64,000 nt of DNA from Antedon mediterranea (taxonomy: Eukaryota > Animalia > Echinodermata), in contig NC_092675.1 of assembly GCF_964355755.1 (NCBI RefSeq), positions 12,953,812 through 13,017,811 on the forward strand. The letters are read 5' to 3'. Every line of letters starts with the position of its first letter. The stretch's first letter is position 1. The notes under the pieces were generated by a model, which did not search any database, was not told the DNA's origin, and saw only the letters and a program-made list of their open reading frames with translations. A program made the position numbers and the translations under genes. Shown here one piece after another: positions 9,300 to 23,700 of this stretch.

Positions 9300-12200
9300 C
9301 TTTTTCACACAAAACACCAAAGTGCTTAGAATAGCTTCAAATCGCATTTGGAGACGTTTTAGACCATTTTGTGATTTTTGAAAAAACTTGTTAACATAAA
9401 AACACCAAAGTGTTAGAATAGCTTCAAATCACATTTGGAGACGTTTCAGACCATTTTGTGATTTTCGAAAAAACTTGTTAACATAAAAACACGAAAGTGC
9501 TTAGAATAGCTTCAAATCGAATTTGGAAACGTTTTAGACCATTTTGTGATTTTCGAAAAAACTTGTTAACATAAAAACACGAAAGTGCTTAGAATAGCTT
9601 CAAATCGCATTTGGAAACGTTTTAGACCATTTTGTGATTTTCGAAAAAAATTGTTAACATAAAAACACCAAAGTGTTTAGAATAGCTTCAAATCGCATTT
9701 GGAGACGTTTTAGACCAATTTGTGATTTTCGAAAAAACTTATCAACATAAAAACACCAAATCGCATTTGGAGACGTTTTAGACCATTTTGTGATTTTGAA
9801 AAAACTTGTTAACATAAAAACACCAAAGTGCTTAGAATAGCTTCAAATCGCATTTGGAGACGTTTTAGACCATTTTGTGATTTTCGAAAAAACTTGTTAA
9901 CATAAAAACACCAAAGTGCTTAGAATAGCTTCAAATCGTATTTGGAGACGTTTTAGACCATTTTGAGATTTTCGAAAAAACTTGGTTACACAAAAACATC
10001 AAAGTGCTTAAAATCACATTATAAACCGTTTTAGACCATTTTGAGAATTTCGATAACACTTTTCACACAAAAACATCAAAGAGCACAAAATAGCTTAATA
10101 TCGTATTTAAAAACGTTTTAGACCATTTTGAGCATTTCGACAAAACTTTTTCACACAAAACACCAAAGTGCTTAGAATAGCTTCAAATCGCATTTGGAGA
10201 CGTTTTAGACCAATTTGTGCATTTCGATGAAACTTGATTACACAAAAACATCAAAGTTCTTAAAATCACATTATAAACCGTTTTAGACCATTTTGAGCAT
10301 TTCGATAACACTTTTCACACAAAAACATCAAAGAGCACAAAATAGCTTAATATCGTATTTAAAAACGTTTTAGACCATTTTGAGCATTTAGACAAAACTT
10401 TTTCACACAAAACACCAAAGTGCTTAGAATAGCTTCAAATCGCATTTGGAGACGTTTTAGACCATTTTGTGCATTTCGATGAAACTTGGTTACACAAAAA
10501 CATCAAAGTGCTTAAAATCACATTATAAATCGTTTTAGACCATTTTGAGCATTTCGACAAACTTTTTCACACAAAATACCAAAGTGCTTAGAATAGCTTC
10601 AAATCGCATTTGGAGACGTTTTAGACCATTTTGTGATTTTCGAAAAAACTTTTTAACATAAAAACACCAAAGTGCTTAGAATAGCTTCAAATCACATTTG
10701 GAGACATTTTAGACCATTTTGTGATTTTCGAAAAAACTTGTTAACATAAAAACACGAAAGTGCTTAGAATAGCTTCAAATCGCATTTGGAAACGTTTTAG
10801 ACCATTTTGTGATTTTCGAAAAAAATTGTTAACATAAAAACACCAAAGTGCTTAGAATTACATTATAAACCGTTTTAGACCATTTTGAGCATTTCGATAA
10901 CAATTTTCACACAAAAACATCAAAGAGCACAAAATAGCTTAATATCGTATTTAAAAACTTTTTAGACCATTTTGAGCATTTCGACAAAACTTTTTCACAC
11001 AAAACACCAAAGTGCTTAGAATAGCTTCAAATCGCATTTGGAGACGTTTTAGACCATTTTGTGATTTTTGAAAAAACTTGTTAACATAAAAACACCAAAG
11101 TGTTAGAATAGCTTCAAATCACATTTGGAGACGTTTCAGACCATTTTGTGATTTTCGAAAAAACTTGTTAACATAAAAACACGAAAGTGCTTAGAATAGC
11201 TTCAAATCGAATTTGGAAACGTTTTAGACCATTTTGTGATTTTCGAAAAAACTTGTTAACATAAAAACACGAAAGTGCTTAGAATAGCTTCAAATCGCAT
11301 TTGGAAACGTTTTAGACCATTTTGTGATTTTCGAAAAAAATTGTTAACATAAAAACACCAAAGTGTTTAGAATAGCTTCAAATCGCATTTGGAGACGTTT
11401 TAGACCAATTTGTGATTTTCGAAAAAACTTATCAACATAAAAACACCAAATCGCATTTGGAGACGTTTTAGACCATTTTGTGATTTTGAAAAAACTTGTT
11501 AACATAAAAACACCAAAGTGCTTAGAATAGCTTCAAATCGCATTTGGAGACGTTTTAGACCATTTTGTGATTTTCGAAAAAACTTGTTAACATAAAAACA
11601 CCAAAGTGCTTAGAATAGCTTCAAATCGTATTTGGAGACGTTTTAGACCATTTTGAGATTTTCGAAAAAACTTGGTTACACAAAAACATCAAAGTGCTTA
11701 AAATCACATTATAAACCGTTTTAGACCATTTTGAGAATTTCGATAACACTTTTCACACAAAAACATCAAAGAGCACAAAATAGCTTAATATCGTATTTAA
11801 AAACGTTTTAGACCATTTTGAGCATTTCGACAAAACTTTTTCACACAAAACACCAAAGTGCTTAGAATAGCTTCAAATCGCATTTGGAGACGTTTTAGAC
11901 CAATTTGTGCATTTCGATGAAACTTGATTACACAAAAACATCAAAGTGCTTAAAATCACATTATAAACCGTTTTAGACCATTTTGAGAATTTCGATAACA
12001 CTTTTCACACAAAAACATCAAAGAGCACAAAATAGCTTAATATCGTATTTAAAAACGTTTTAGACCATTTTGAGCATTTCGACAAAACTTTTTCACACAA
12101 AACACCAAAGTGCTTAGAATAGCTTCAAATCGCATTTGGAGACGTTTTAGACCAATTTGTGCATTTCGATGAAACTTGATTACACAAAAACATCAAAGTG

Positions 12201-14700
12201 CTTAAAATCACATTATAAACCGTTTTAGACCATTTTGAGCATTTCGATAACACTTTTCACACAAAAACATCAAAGAGCACAAAATAGCTTAATATCGTAT
12301 TTAAAAACGTTTTAGACCATTTTGAGCATTTAGACAAAACTTTTTCACACAAAACACCAAAGTGCTTAGAATAGCTTCAAATCGCATTTGGAGACGTTTT
12401 AGACCATTTTGTGCATTTCGATGAAACTTGGTTACACAAAAACATCAAAGTGCTTAAAATCACATTATAAATCGTTTTAGACCATTTTGAGCATTTCGAC
12501 AAACTTTTTCACACAAAATACCAAAGTGCTTAGAATAGCTTCAAATCGCATTTGGAGACGTTTTAGACCATTTTGTGATTTTCGAAAAAACTTTTTAACA
12601 TAAAAACACCAAAGTGCTTAGAATAGCTTCAAATCACATTTGGAGACATTTTAGACCATTTTGTGATTTTCGAAAAAACTTGTTAACATAAAAACACGAA
12701 AGTGCTTAGAATAGCTTCAAATCGCATTTGGAAACGTTTTAGACCATTTTGTGATTTTCGAAAAAAATTGTTAACATAAAAACACCAAAGTGCTTAGAAT
12801 CACATTATAAACCGTTTTAGACCATTTTGAGCATTTCGATAACAATTTTCACACAAAAACATCAAAGAGCACAAAATAGCTTAATATCGTATTTAAAAAC
12901 TTTTTAGACCATTTTGAGCATTTCGACAAAACTTTTTCACACAAAACACCAAAGTGCTTAGAATAGCTTCAAATCGCATTTGGAGACGTTTTAGACCATT
13001 TTGTGATTTTTGAAAAAACTTGTTAACATAAAAACACCAAAGTGTTAGAATAGCTTCAAATCACATTTGGAGACGTTTCAGACCATTTTGTGATTTTCGA
13101 AAAAACTTGTTAACATAAAAACACGAAAGTGCTTAGAATAGCTTCAAATCGAATTTGGAAACGTTTTAGACCATTTTGTGATTTTCGAAAAAACTTGTTA
13201 ACATAAAAACACGAAAGTGCTTAGAATAGCTTCAAATCGCATTTGGAAACGTTTTAGACCATTTTGTGATTTTCAAAAAAAATTGTTAACATAAAAACAC
13301 CAAAGTGTTTAGAATAGCTTCAAATCGCATTTGGAGACGTTTTAGACCAATTTGTGATTTTCGAAAAAACTTATCAACATAAAAACACCAAATCGCATTT
13401 GGAGACGTTTTAGACCATTTTGTGATTTTGAAAAAACTTGTTAACATAAAAACACCAAAGTGCTTAGAATAGCTTCAAATCGCATTTGGAGACGTTTTAG
13501 ACCATTTTGTGATTTTCGAAAAAACTTGTTAACATAAAAACACCAAAGTGCTTAGAATAGCTTCAAATCGTATTTGGAGACGTTTTAGACCATTTTGAGA
13601 TTTTCGAAAAAACTTGGTTACACAAAAACATCAAAGTGCTTAAAATCACATTATAAACCGTTTTAGACCATTTTGAGAATTTCGATAACACTTTTCACAC
13701 AAAAACATCAAAGAGCACAAAATAGCTTAATATCGTATTTAAAAACGTTTTAGACCATTTTGAGCATTTCGACAAAACTTTTTCACACAAAACACCAAAG
13801 TGCTTAGAATAGCTTCAAATCGCATTTGGAGACGTTTTAGACCAATTTGTGCATTTCGATGAAACTTGATTACACAAAAACATCAAAGTGCTTAAAATCA
13901 CATTATAAACCGTTTTAGACCATTTTGAGAATTTCGATAACACTTTTCACACAAAAACATCAAAGAGCACAAAATAGCTTAATATCGTATTTAAAAAAGT
14001 TTTAGACCATTTTGAGCATTTCGACAAAACTTTTTCACACAAAACACCAAAGTGCTTAGAATAGCTTCAAATCGCATTTGGAGACGTTTTAGACCAATTT
14101 GTGCATTTCGATGAAACTTGATTACACAAAAACATCAAAGTGCTTAAAATCACATTATAAACCGTTTTAGACCATTTTGAGCATTTCGATAACACTTTTC
14201 ACACAAAAACATCAAAGAGCACAAAATAGCTTAATATCGTATTTAAAAACGTTTTAGACCATTTTGAGCATTTAGACAAAACTTTTTCACACAAAACACC
14301 AAAGTGCTTAGAATAGCTTCAAATCGCATTTGGAGACGTTTTAGACCATTTTGTGCATTTCGATGAAACTTGGTTACACAAAAACATCAAAGTGCTTAAA
14401 ATCACATTATAAATCGTTTTAGACCATTTTGAGCATTTCGACAAAACTTTTTCACACAAAATACCAAAGTGCTTAGAATAGCTTCAAATCGCATTTGGAG
14501 ACGTTTTAGACCATTTTGTGATTTTCGAAAAAACTTTTTAACATAAAAACACCAAAGTGCTTAGAATAGCTTCAAATCACATTTGGAGACATTTTAGACC
14601 ATTTTGTGATTTTCGAAAAAACTTGTTAACATAAAAACACGAAAGTGCTTAGAATAGCTTCAAATCGCATTTGGAAACGTTTTAGACCATTTTGTGATTT
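9300..14700 (+). repeat. Tandem triplication of a 1.7-1.9-kb higher-order unit (approximate boundaries)
   Basis: The private marker TGTTAGAATA (1-bp deletion) is at 9411, 11101 and 13043 (periods 1690 and 1942 = 1690+252). Linked markers are TTTCAGACC, AATCGAATT, ACCAAATCGC and GAGAATTTCG. Confidence 0.88.
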
Positions 14701-17700
14701 TCGAAAAAACTTGTTAACATAAAAACACGAAAGTGCTTAGAATCACATTATAAACCGTTTTAGACCATTTTGAGCATTTCGATAACAATTTTCACACAAA
14801 AACATCAAAGAGCACAAAATAGCTTAATATCGTATTTAAAAATGTTTTAGACCATTTTGAGCATTTAGATAAAACTTTTTCACACAAAACACCAAAGTGC
14901 TTAGAATAGCTTCAAATCGCATTTGGAGACGTTTTAGACCATTTTGTGATTTTTGAAAAAACTTGTTAACATAAAAACACGAAAGTGCTTAGAATAGCTT
15001 CAAATCGCATTTGGAAACGTTTTAGACCATTTTGTGATTTTCGAAAAAAATTGTTAACATAAAAACACCAAAGTGTTTAGAATAGCTTCAAATCGCATTT
15101 GGAGACGTTTTAGACCAATTTGTGATTTTCGAAAAAACTTATCAACATAAAAACACCAAAAGGTTTAGAATAGCTTCAAATCGCATTTGGAGACGTTTTA
15201 GACCATTTTGTGATTTTGAAAAAAATTGTTAACATAAAAACACCAAAGTGTTTAGAATAGCTTCAAATCACATTTGGAGACGTTTTAGACCAATTTGTGA
15301 TTTTCGAAAAAACTTATCAACATAAAAACACCAAAGGGTTTAGAATAGCTTCAAATCGCATTTGGAGACGTTTTAGACCATTTTGTGATTTTCGAAAAAA
15401 CTTGTTAACATAAAAACACGAAAGTGCTTAGAATAGCTTCAAATCGCATTTGGAAACGTTTTAGACCATTTTGTGATTTTCGAAAAAACTTGTTAACATA
15501 AAAACATGAAAGTGCTTAGAATAGCTTCAAATCGTATTTGGAGACGTTTTAGACCATTTTGTGATTTTCGAAAAAACTTGTTAACATAAAAACACCAATG
15601 TGCTTAGAATAGCTTCAAATCGCATTTTGAGACGTTTTAGACCATTTTGTGCATTTCGATGAAACTTGGTTACACAAAAACATCAAAGTGCTTAAAATCA
15701 CATTATAAACCATTTTAGACCATTTTGAGCATTTCGATAACACTTTTCACACAAAAACATCAAAGAGCACAAAATAGCTTAATATCGTATTTAAAAACGT
15801 TTTAGACCATTTTGAGCATTTCGACAAAACTTTTTCACACAAAACACCAAAGTGCTTAGAATAGCTTCAAATCGCATTTGGAGACGTTTTAGACCATTTT
15901 GTGATTTTCGAAAAAACTTGTTAACATAAAAACATCAAAGTGTACAGAATAACTTCAAATCGCATTTGGAGACCGTTTTAGGCCAATTTGTGATTTTCGA
16001 AAAAACTTGTTAACCTAAAAATACCAAAGTGTTTAGAATAGCTTCAAATCGCATTTGGAGACGTTTTAGACCATTTTGTGATTTTCGAAAAAACTTGTTA
16101 ACATAAAAACACCAAAGTGCTTCAAATCGCATTTGGAGACATTTTAGACCAATTTGTGATTTTTGAAAAAACTTGTTAACATAAAAACACCAAAGTGCTT
16201 ACAATAGCTTCAAATCGTATTTGGAGACGTTTTAGACCATTTTGTGATTTTCGAAAAAACTTGTTAACATAAAAACACCAAAGTACTTAGAATAGCTTCA
16301 AATCGCATTTGGAGACGTTTTAGACCATTTTATGCATTTCGATGAAACTTGGTTACACAAAAACATCAATGTGCTTAAAATCACATTATAATCCGTTTTA
16401 GACCATTTTGAGCATTTCGATAACACTTTTCACACAAAAACATCAAAGAGCACAAAATAGCTTAATATCGTATTTAAAAACGTTTTAGACCATTTTGAGC
16501 ATTTAGATAAAATTTTTCACACAAAACACCAAAGTGCTTAGAATAGCTTCAAATCGCATTTGGAGACGGTTTAGACCATTTTGTGATTTTGAAAAAACTT
16601 GTTAACATAAAAACACCAAAGTGCTTAGAATAGCTTCAAATCGCATTTGGAGACGTTTTAGACCATTTTGTGATTTTCGAAAAAACTTGTTAACATAAAA
16701 ACACCAAAGTGCTTAGAATAGCTTCAAATCGTATTTGGAGACGTTTTAGACCATTTTGAGATTTTCGAAAAAACTTGGTTACACAAAAACATCAAAGTGC
16801 TTAAAATCACATTATAAACCGTTTTAGACCATTTTGAACATTTCGATAACACTTTTCACACAAAAACATCAAAGAGCACTAAATAGCTTAATATCGTATT
16901 TAAAAACGTTTTAGACCATTTTGAGCATTTCGACAAAACTTTTTCACACAAAACACCAAAGTGCTTAGAATAGCTTCAAATCGCATTTGGAGACGTTTTA
17001 GACCAATTTGTGCATTTCGATGAAACTTGATTACACAAAAACATCAACGTGCTTAAAATCACATTATAAACCGTTTTAGACCATTTTGAGCATTTCGATA
17101 ACACTTTTCACACAAAAACATCAAAGAGCACAAAATAGCTTAATATCGTATTTAAAAACGTTTTAGACCATTTTGAGCATTTAGACAAAACTTTTTCACA
17201 CAAAACACCAAAGTGCTTAGAATAGCTTCAAATCGCATTTGGAGACGTTTTAGACCATTTTGTGCATTTCGATGAAACTTGGTTACACAAAAACATCAAA
17301 GTGCTTAAAATCACATTATAAATCGTTTTAGACCATTTTGAGCATTTCGACAAAACTTTTTCACACAAAATACCAAAGTGCTTAGAATAGCTTCAAATCG
17401 CATTTGGAGACGTTTTAGACCATTTTGTGATTTTCGAAAAAACTTTTTAACATAAAAACACCAAAGTGCTTAGAATAGCTTCAAATCACATTTGGAGACA
17501 TTTTAGACCATTTTGTGATTTTCGAAAAAACTTGTTAACATAAAAACACGAAAGTGCTTAGAATAGCTTCAAATCGCATTTGGAAACGTTTTAGACCATT
17601 TTGTGATTTTCGAAAAAACTTGTTAACATAAAAACACGAAAGTGCTTAGAATCACATTATAAACCGTTTTAGACCATTTTGAGCATTTCGATAACAATTT

Positions 17701-20700
17701 TCACACAAAAACATCAAAGAGCACAAAATAGCTTAATATCGTATTTAAAAATGTTTTAGACCATTTTGAGCATTTAGATAAAACTTTTTCACACAAAACA
17801 CCAAAGTGCTTAGAATAGCTTCAAATCGCATTTGGAGACGTTTTAGACCATTTTGTGATTTTCGAAAAAACTTGTTAACATAAAAACACGAAAGTGCTTA
17901 GAATAGCTTCAAATCGCATTTGGAAACGTTTTAGACCATTTTGTGATTTTCGAAAAAAATTGTTAACATAAAAACACCAAAGTGTTTAGAATAGCTTCAA
18001 ATCGCATTTGGAGACGTTTTAGACCAATTTGTGATTTTCGAAAAAACTTATCAACATAAAAACACCAAAGGGTTTAGAATAGCTTCAAATCGCATTTGGA
18101 GACGTTTTAGACCATTTTGTGATTTTCGAAAAAACTTGTTAACATAAAAACACGAAAGTGCTTAGAATAGCTTCAAATCGCATTTGGAAACGTTTTAGAC
18201 CATTTTGTGATTTTCGAAAAAACTTGTTAACATAAAAACATGAAAGTGCTTAGAATAGCTTCAAATCGTATTTGGAGACGTTTTAGACCATTTTGTGATT
18301 TTCGAAAAAACTTGTTAACATAAAAACACCAATGTGCTTAGAATAGCTTCAAATCGCATTTTGAGACGTTTTAGACCATTTTGTGCATTTCGATGAAACT
18401 TGGTTACACAAAAACATCAAAGTGCTTAAAATCACATTATAAACCATTTTAGACCATTTTGAGCATTTCGATAACACTTTTCACACAAAAACATCAAAGA
18501 GCACAAAATAGCTTAATATCGTATTTAAAAACGTTTTAGACCATTTTGAGCATTTCGACAAAACTTTTTCACACAAAACACCAAAGTGCTTAGAATAGCT
18601 TCAAATCGCATTTGGAGACGTTTTAGACCATTTTGTGATTTTCGAAAAAACTTGTTAACATAAAAACATCAAAGTGTACAGAATAACTTCAAATCGCATT
18701 TGGAGACCGTTTTAGGCCAATTTGTGATTTTCGAAAAAACTTGTTAACCTAAAAATACCAAAGTGTTTAGAATAGCTTCAAATCGCATTTGGAGACGTTT
18801 TAGACCATTTTGTGATTTTCGAAAAAACTTGTTAACATAAAAACACCAAAGTGCTTCAAATCGCATTTGGAGACATTTTAGACCAATTTGTGATTTTTGA
18901 AAAAACTTGTTAACATAAAAACACCAAAGTGCTTACAATAGCTTCAAATCGTATTTGGAGACGTTTTAGACCATTTTGTGATTTTCGAAAAAACTTGTTA
19001 ACATAAAAACACCAAAGTACTTAGAATAGCTTCAAATCGCATTTGGAGACGTTTTAGACCATTTTATGCATTTCGATGAAACTTGGTTACACAAAAACAT
19101 CAATGTGCTTAAAATCACATTATAATCCGTTTTAGACCATTTTGAGCATTTCGATAACACTTTTCACACAAAAACATCAAAGAGCACAAAATAGCTTAAT
19201 ATCGTATTTAAAAACGTTTTAGACCATTTTGAGCATTTAGACAAAACTTTTTCACACAAAACACCAAAGTGTTTAGAATAGCTTCAAATCGCATTTGGAG
19301 ACGTTTTAGACCATTTTGTGATTTTCGAAAAAACTTGTTAACATAAAAACACCAAAGTGCTTCAAATCGCATTTGAGACATTTTAGACCAATTTGTGATT
19401 TTTGAAAAAACTTGTTAACATAAAAACACCAAAGTGCTTACAATAGCTTCAAATCGTATTTGGAGACGTTTTAGACCATTTTGTGATTTTCGAAAAAACT
19501 TGTTAACATAAAAACACCAGAGTACTTAGAATAGCTTCAAATCGCATTTGGAGACGTTTTAGACCATTTTATGCATTTCGATGAAACTTGGTTACACAAA
19601 AACATCAAAGTGCTTAAAATCACATTATAATCCGTTTTAGACCATTTCGAGCATTTCGATAACACTTTTCACACAAAAACATCAAAGAGCACAAAATAGC
19701 CTAATATCGTATTTAAAAACTTTTTAGACCATTTTGAGCATTTCGACAAAACTTTTTCACACAAAACACCAAAGTGCTTAGAATAGCTTCAAATCGCATT
19801 TGGAGACGTTTTAGACCATTTTGTGATTTTCGAAAAAAATTGTTAACATAAAAACATCAAAGTGTACAGAATAGCTTCAAATCGCATTTGGAGACCGTTT
19901 TAGGCCAATTTGTGATTTTCGAAAAAACTTGTTAACCTAAAAATACCAAAGTGTTTAGAATAGCTTCAAATCGCATTTGGAGACGTTTTAGACCATTTTG
20001 TGATTTTCGAAAAAACTTGTTAACATAAAAACACCAAAGTGCTTAGAATAGCTTCAAATCGCATTTGGAGACATTTTAGACCAATTTGTGATTTTCGAAA
20101 AAACTTATCAACATAAAAACACCAAAGGGTTTAGAATATCTTCAAATCGCATTTGGAGACGTTTTAGACCATTTTGTGATTTTCGAAAAAACTTGTTAAC
20201 ATAAAAACACCAAAGTGCTTAGAATAGCTTCAAATCGCATTTGGAGACGTTTTAGACCAATTTGTGATTTTCGAAAAAACTTATCAACATAAAAACACCA
20301 AAGGGTTTAGAATAGCTTCATTTGGAGACGTTTTAGACCATTTTGTGATTTTGAAAAAACTTGTTAACATAAAAACACCAAAGTGCTTAGAATAGCTTCA
20401 AATCGCATTTGGAGACGTTTTAGACCATTTTGTGATTTTCGAAAAAACTTGTTAACATAAAAACACCAAAGTGCTTAGAATAGCTTCAAATCGTATTTGG
20501 AGACGTTTTAGACCATTTTGAGATTTTCGAAAAAACTTGGTTACACAAAAACATCAAAGTGCTTAAAATCACATTATAAACCGTTTTAGACCATTTTGAG
20601 CATTTCGATAACACTTTTCACACAAAAACATCAAAGACACAAAATAGCTTAATATCGTATTTAAAAACGTTTTAGACCATTTTGAGCATTTCGACAAAAC

Positions 20701-23700
20701 TTTTTCACACAAAACACCAAAGTGCTTAGAATAGCTTCAAATCGCATTTGGAGACGTTTTAGACCAATTTGTGATTTTTGAAAAAACTTGTTAACATAAA
20801 AACACCAAAATGCTTAGAATAGCTTCAAATCACATTTGGAGACGTTTTAGACCATTTTGTGATTTTCGAAAAAACTTGTTAACATAAAAACACGAAAGTG
20901 CATAGAATAGCTTCAAATCGCCTTTGGAAACGTTTTAGACCATTTTGTGATTTTCGAAAAAACTTTTTAACATAAAAACACGAAAGTGCTTAGAATAACA
21001 TTATAAACCGTTTTAGACCATTTTGAGCATTTCGATAACAATTCTCACACAAAAACATCAAAGAGCACAAAATAGCTTAATATCGTATTTAAAAATGTTT
21101 TAGACCATTTTGAGCATTTAGATAAAACTTTTTCACACAAAACACCAAAGTGCTTAGAATAGCTTCAAATCGCATTTGGAGACGTTTTAGACCATTTTGT
21201 GATTTTTGAAAAAACTTGTTAACATAAAAACACCAAAGTGCTTAGAATAGCTTCAAATCACATTTGGAGATGTTTTAGACCATTTTGTGATTTTTGAAAA
21301 AACTTGTTAACATAAAAACACGAAAGTGCTTAGAATAGCTTCAAATCGCATTTGGAAACGTTTTAGACCATTTTGTGATTTTCGAAAAAGATTGTTAACA
21401 TAAAAACACCAATGTGCTTAGAATCACATTATAAACCGTTTTAGACCATTTTGAGCATTTCGATAACAATTTTCACACAAAAACATCAAAGAGCACAAAA
21501 TAGCTTAATATCGTATTTATAAATGTTTTAGACCATTTTGAGCATTTCGACAAAACTTTTTCACACAAAACACCAAAGAGCTTAGAATAGCTTCAAATCG
21601 CATTTGGAGACGTTTTTTTATACCATTTTGTGATTTCGATGAAACTTGATTACACAAAAACATCAAAGTGCTTAAAATCACATTATAAACCGTTTTAGAC
21701 CATTTTGAGCATTTCGATAACACTTTTCACACAAAAACATCAAAGAGCACAAAATAGCTTAATATCGTATTTAAAAACGTTTTAGACCATTTTGAGCATT
21801 TAGACAAAACTTTTTCACACAAAACACCAAAGTGCTTAGAATAGCTTCAAATCGCATTTGGAGACGTTTTAGAACATTTTGTGTTTTTTGAAAAAAACTG
21901 TTAACATAAAAACACCAAAGTGCTTAGAATAGCTTCAAATCGCATTTGGAGACGTTTTAGAACATTTTGTGTTCTTCGAAAAAACCTGTTAACATAAAAA
22001 CACCAAAGTGCTTAGAATAGCTTCAAATCGCATTTGGAGACGTTTTAGACCATTTTGTGATTTTTGAAAAAACTTGTTAACATAAAAACACCAAAGTGCT
22101 TAGAATAGCTTTAAATCACATTTGGAGACGTTTTAGACCATTTTGTTATTTTCGAAAAAACTTGTTAACATAAAAACACGAAAGTGCTTAGAATAGCTTC
22201 AAATCGCATTTGGAAACGTTTTAGACCATTTTGTGATTTTCGAAAAAGATTGTTAACATAAAAACACCAAAGTGCTTAGAATCACAATATAAACCGTTTT
22301 AGACCATTTTGAGCATTTCGATAACAATTTTCACACAAAAACATCAAAGAGCACAAAATAGCTTAACATCGTATTTATAAATGTTTTAGACCATTTTGAG
22401 AATTTCGACAAAACTTTTTCACACAAAACACCAAAGTGCTTAGAATAGCTTCAAATCGCATTTGGAGACGTTTTTTATACCATTTTGTGATTTCGATGAA
22501 ACTTGATTACACAAAAACATCAAAGTGCTTAAAATCACATTATAAACCGTTTTAGACCATTTTGAGCATTTCGATAACACTTTTCACACAAAAACATCAA
22601 AGAGCACAAAATAGCTTAATATCGTATTTAAAAACGTTTTAGACCATTTTGAGCATTTAGACAAAACTTTTTCACACAAAACACCAAAGTGCTTAGAATA
22701 GCTTCAAATCGCATTTGGAGACGTTTTAGACCATTTTGAGATTTTCGAAAAAACTTGGTTACACAAAAACATCAAAGTGCTTAAAATCACATTATAAACC
22801 GTTTTAGACCATTTTGAGCATTTCGATAACACTTTTCACACAAAAACATCAAAGAGCACAAAATAGCTTAATATCGTATTTAAAAACGTTTTAGACCATT
22901 TTGAGAATTTAGACAAAACTTTTTCACACAAAACACCAAAGTGCTTAGAATAGCTTCAAATCGCATTTGGAGACGTTTTAGAACATTTTGTGTTCTTCGA
23001 AAAAACCTGTTAACATAAAAACTCCAAAGTGCTTAGAATAGCTTCAAATCGCATTTTGAGACGTTTTAGACCATTTTGTGATTTTTGAAAAAACTTGTTA
23101 ACATAAAAACACCAAAGTGCTTAGAATAGCTTCAAATCACATTTGGAGACGTTTTAGACCATTTTGTGATTTTCGAAAAAACTTGTTAACATAAAAACAC
23201 GAAAGTGCTTAGAATAGCTTCAAATCGCATTTGGAAACGTTTTAGACCATTTTGTGATTTTCGAAAAAACTTGTTAACATAAAAACACGAAAGTGCTTAG
23301 AATAGCTTCAAATCGCATTTGGAAACGTTTTAGACCATTTTGTGATTTTCGAAAAAAATTGTTAACATAAAAACACCAAAGTGTTTAGAATAGCTTCAAA
23401 TCGCATTTGGAGACGTTTTAGACCAATTTGTGATTTTCGAAAAAACTTATCTACATAAAAACACCAAAGGGTTTAGAATAGCTTCAAATCGCATTTGGAG
23501 ACGTTTTAGACCATTTTGTGATTTTCGAAAAAACTTGTTAACATAAAAACACGAAAGTGCTTAGAATAGCTTCAAATCGCATTTGGAAACGTTTTAGACC
23601 ATTTTGTGATTTTCGAAAAAACTTGTTAACATAAAAACATGAAAGTGCTTAGAATAGCTTCAAATCGTATTTGGAGACGTTTTAGACCATTTTGTGATTT

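Noticed and set aside
21517-21723. 68-aa minus-strand ORF MLSKCSKWSK... (and 67-aa copies at 41710-41913 and 61968-62171)
   Set aside because: It lies entirely in satellite monomers and recurs only because the DNA repeats. The frame is open only in a minority indel variant, and no domain is recognisable.
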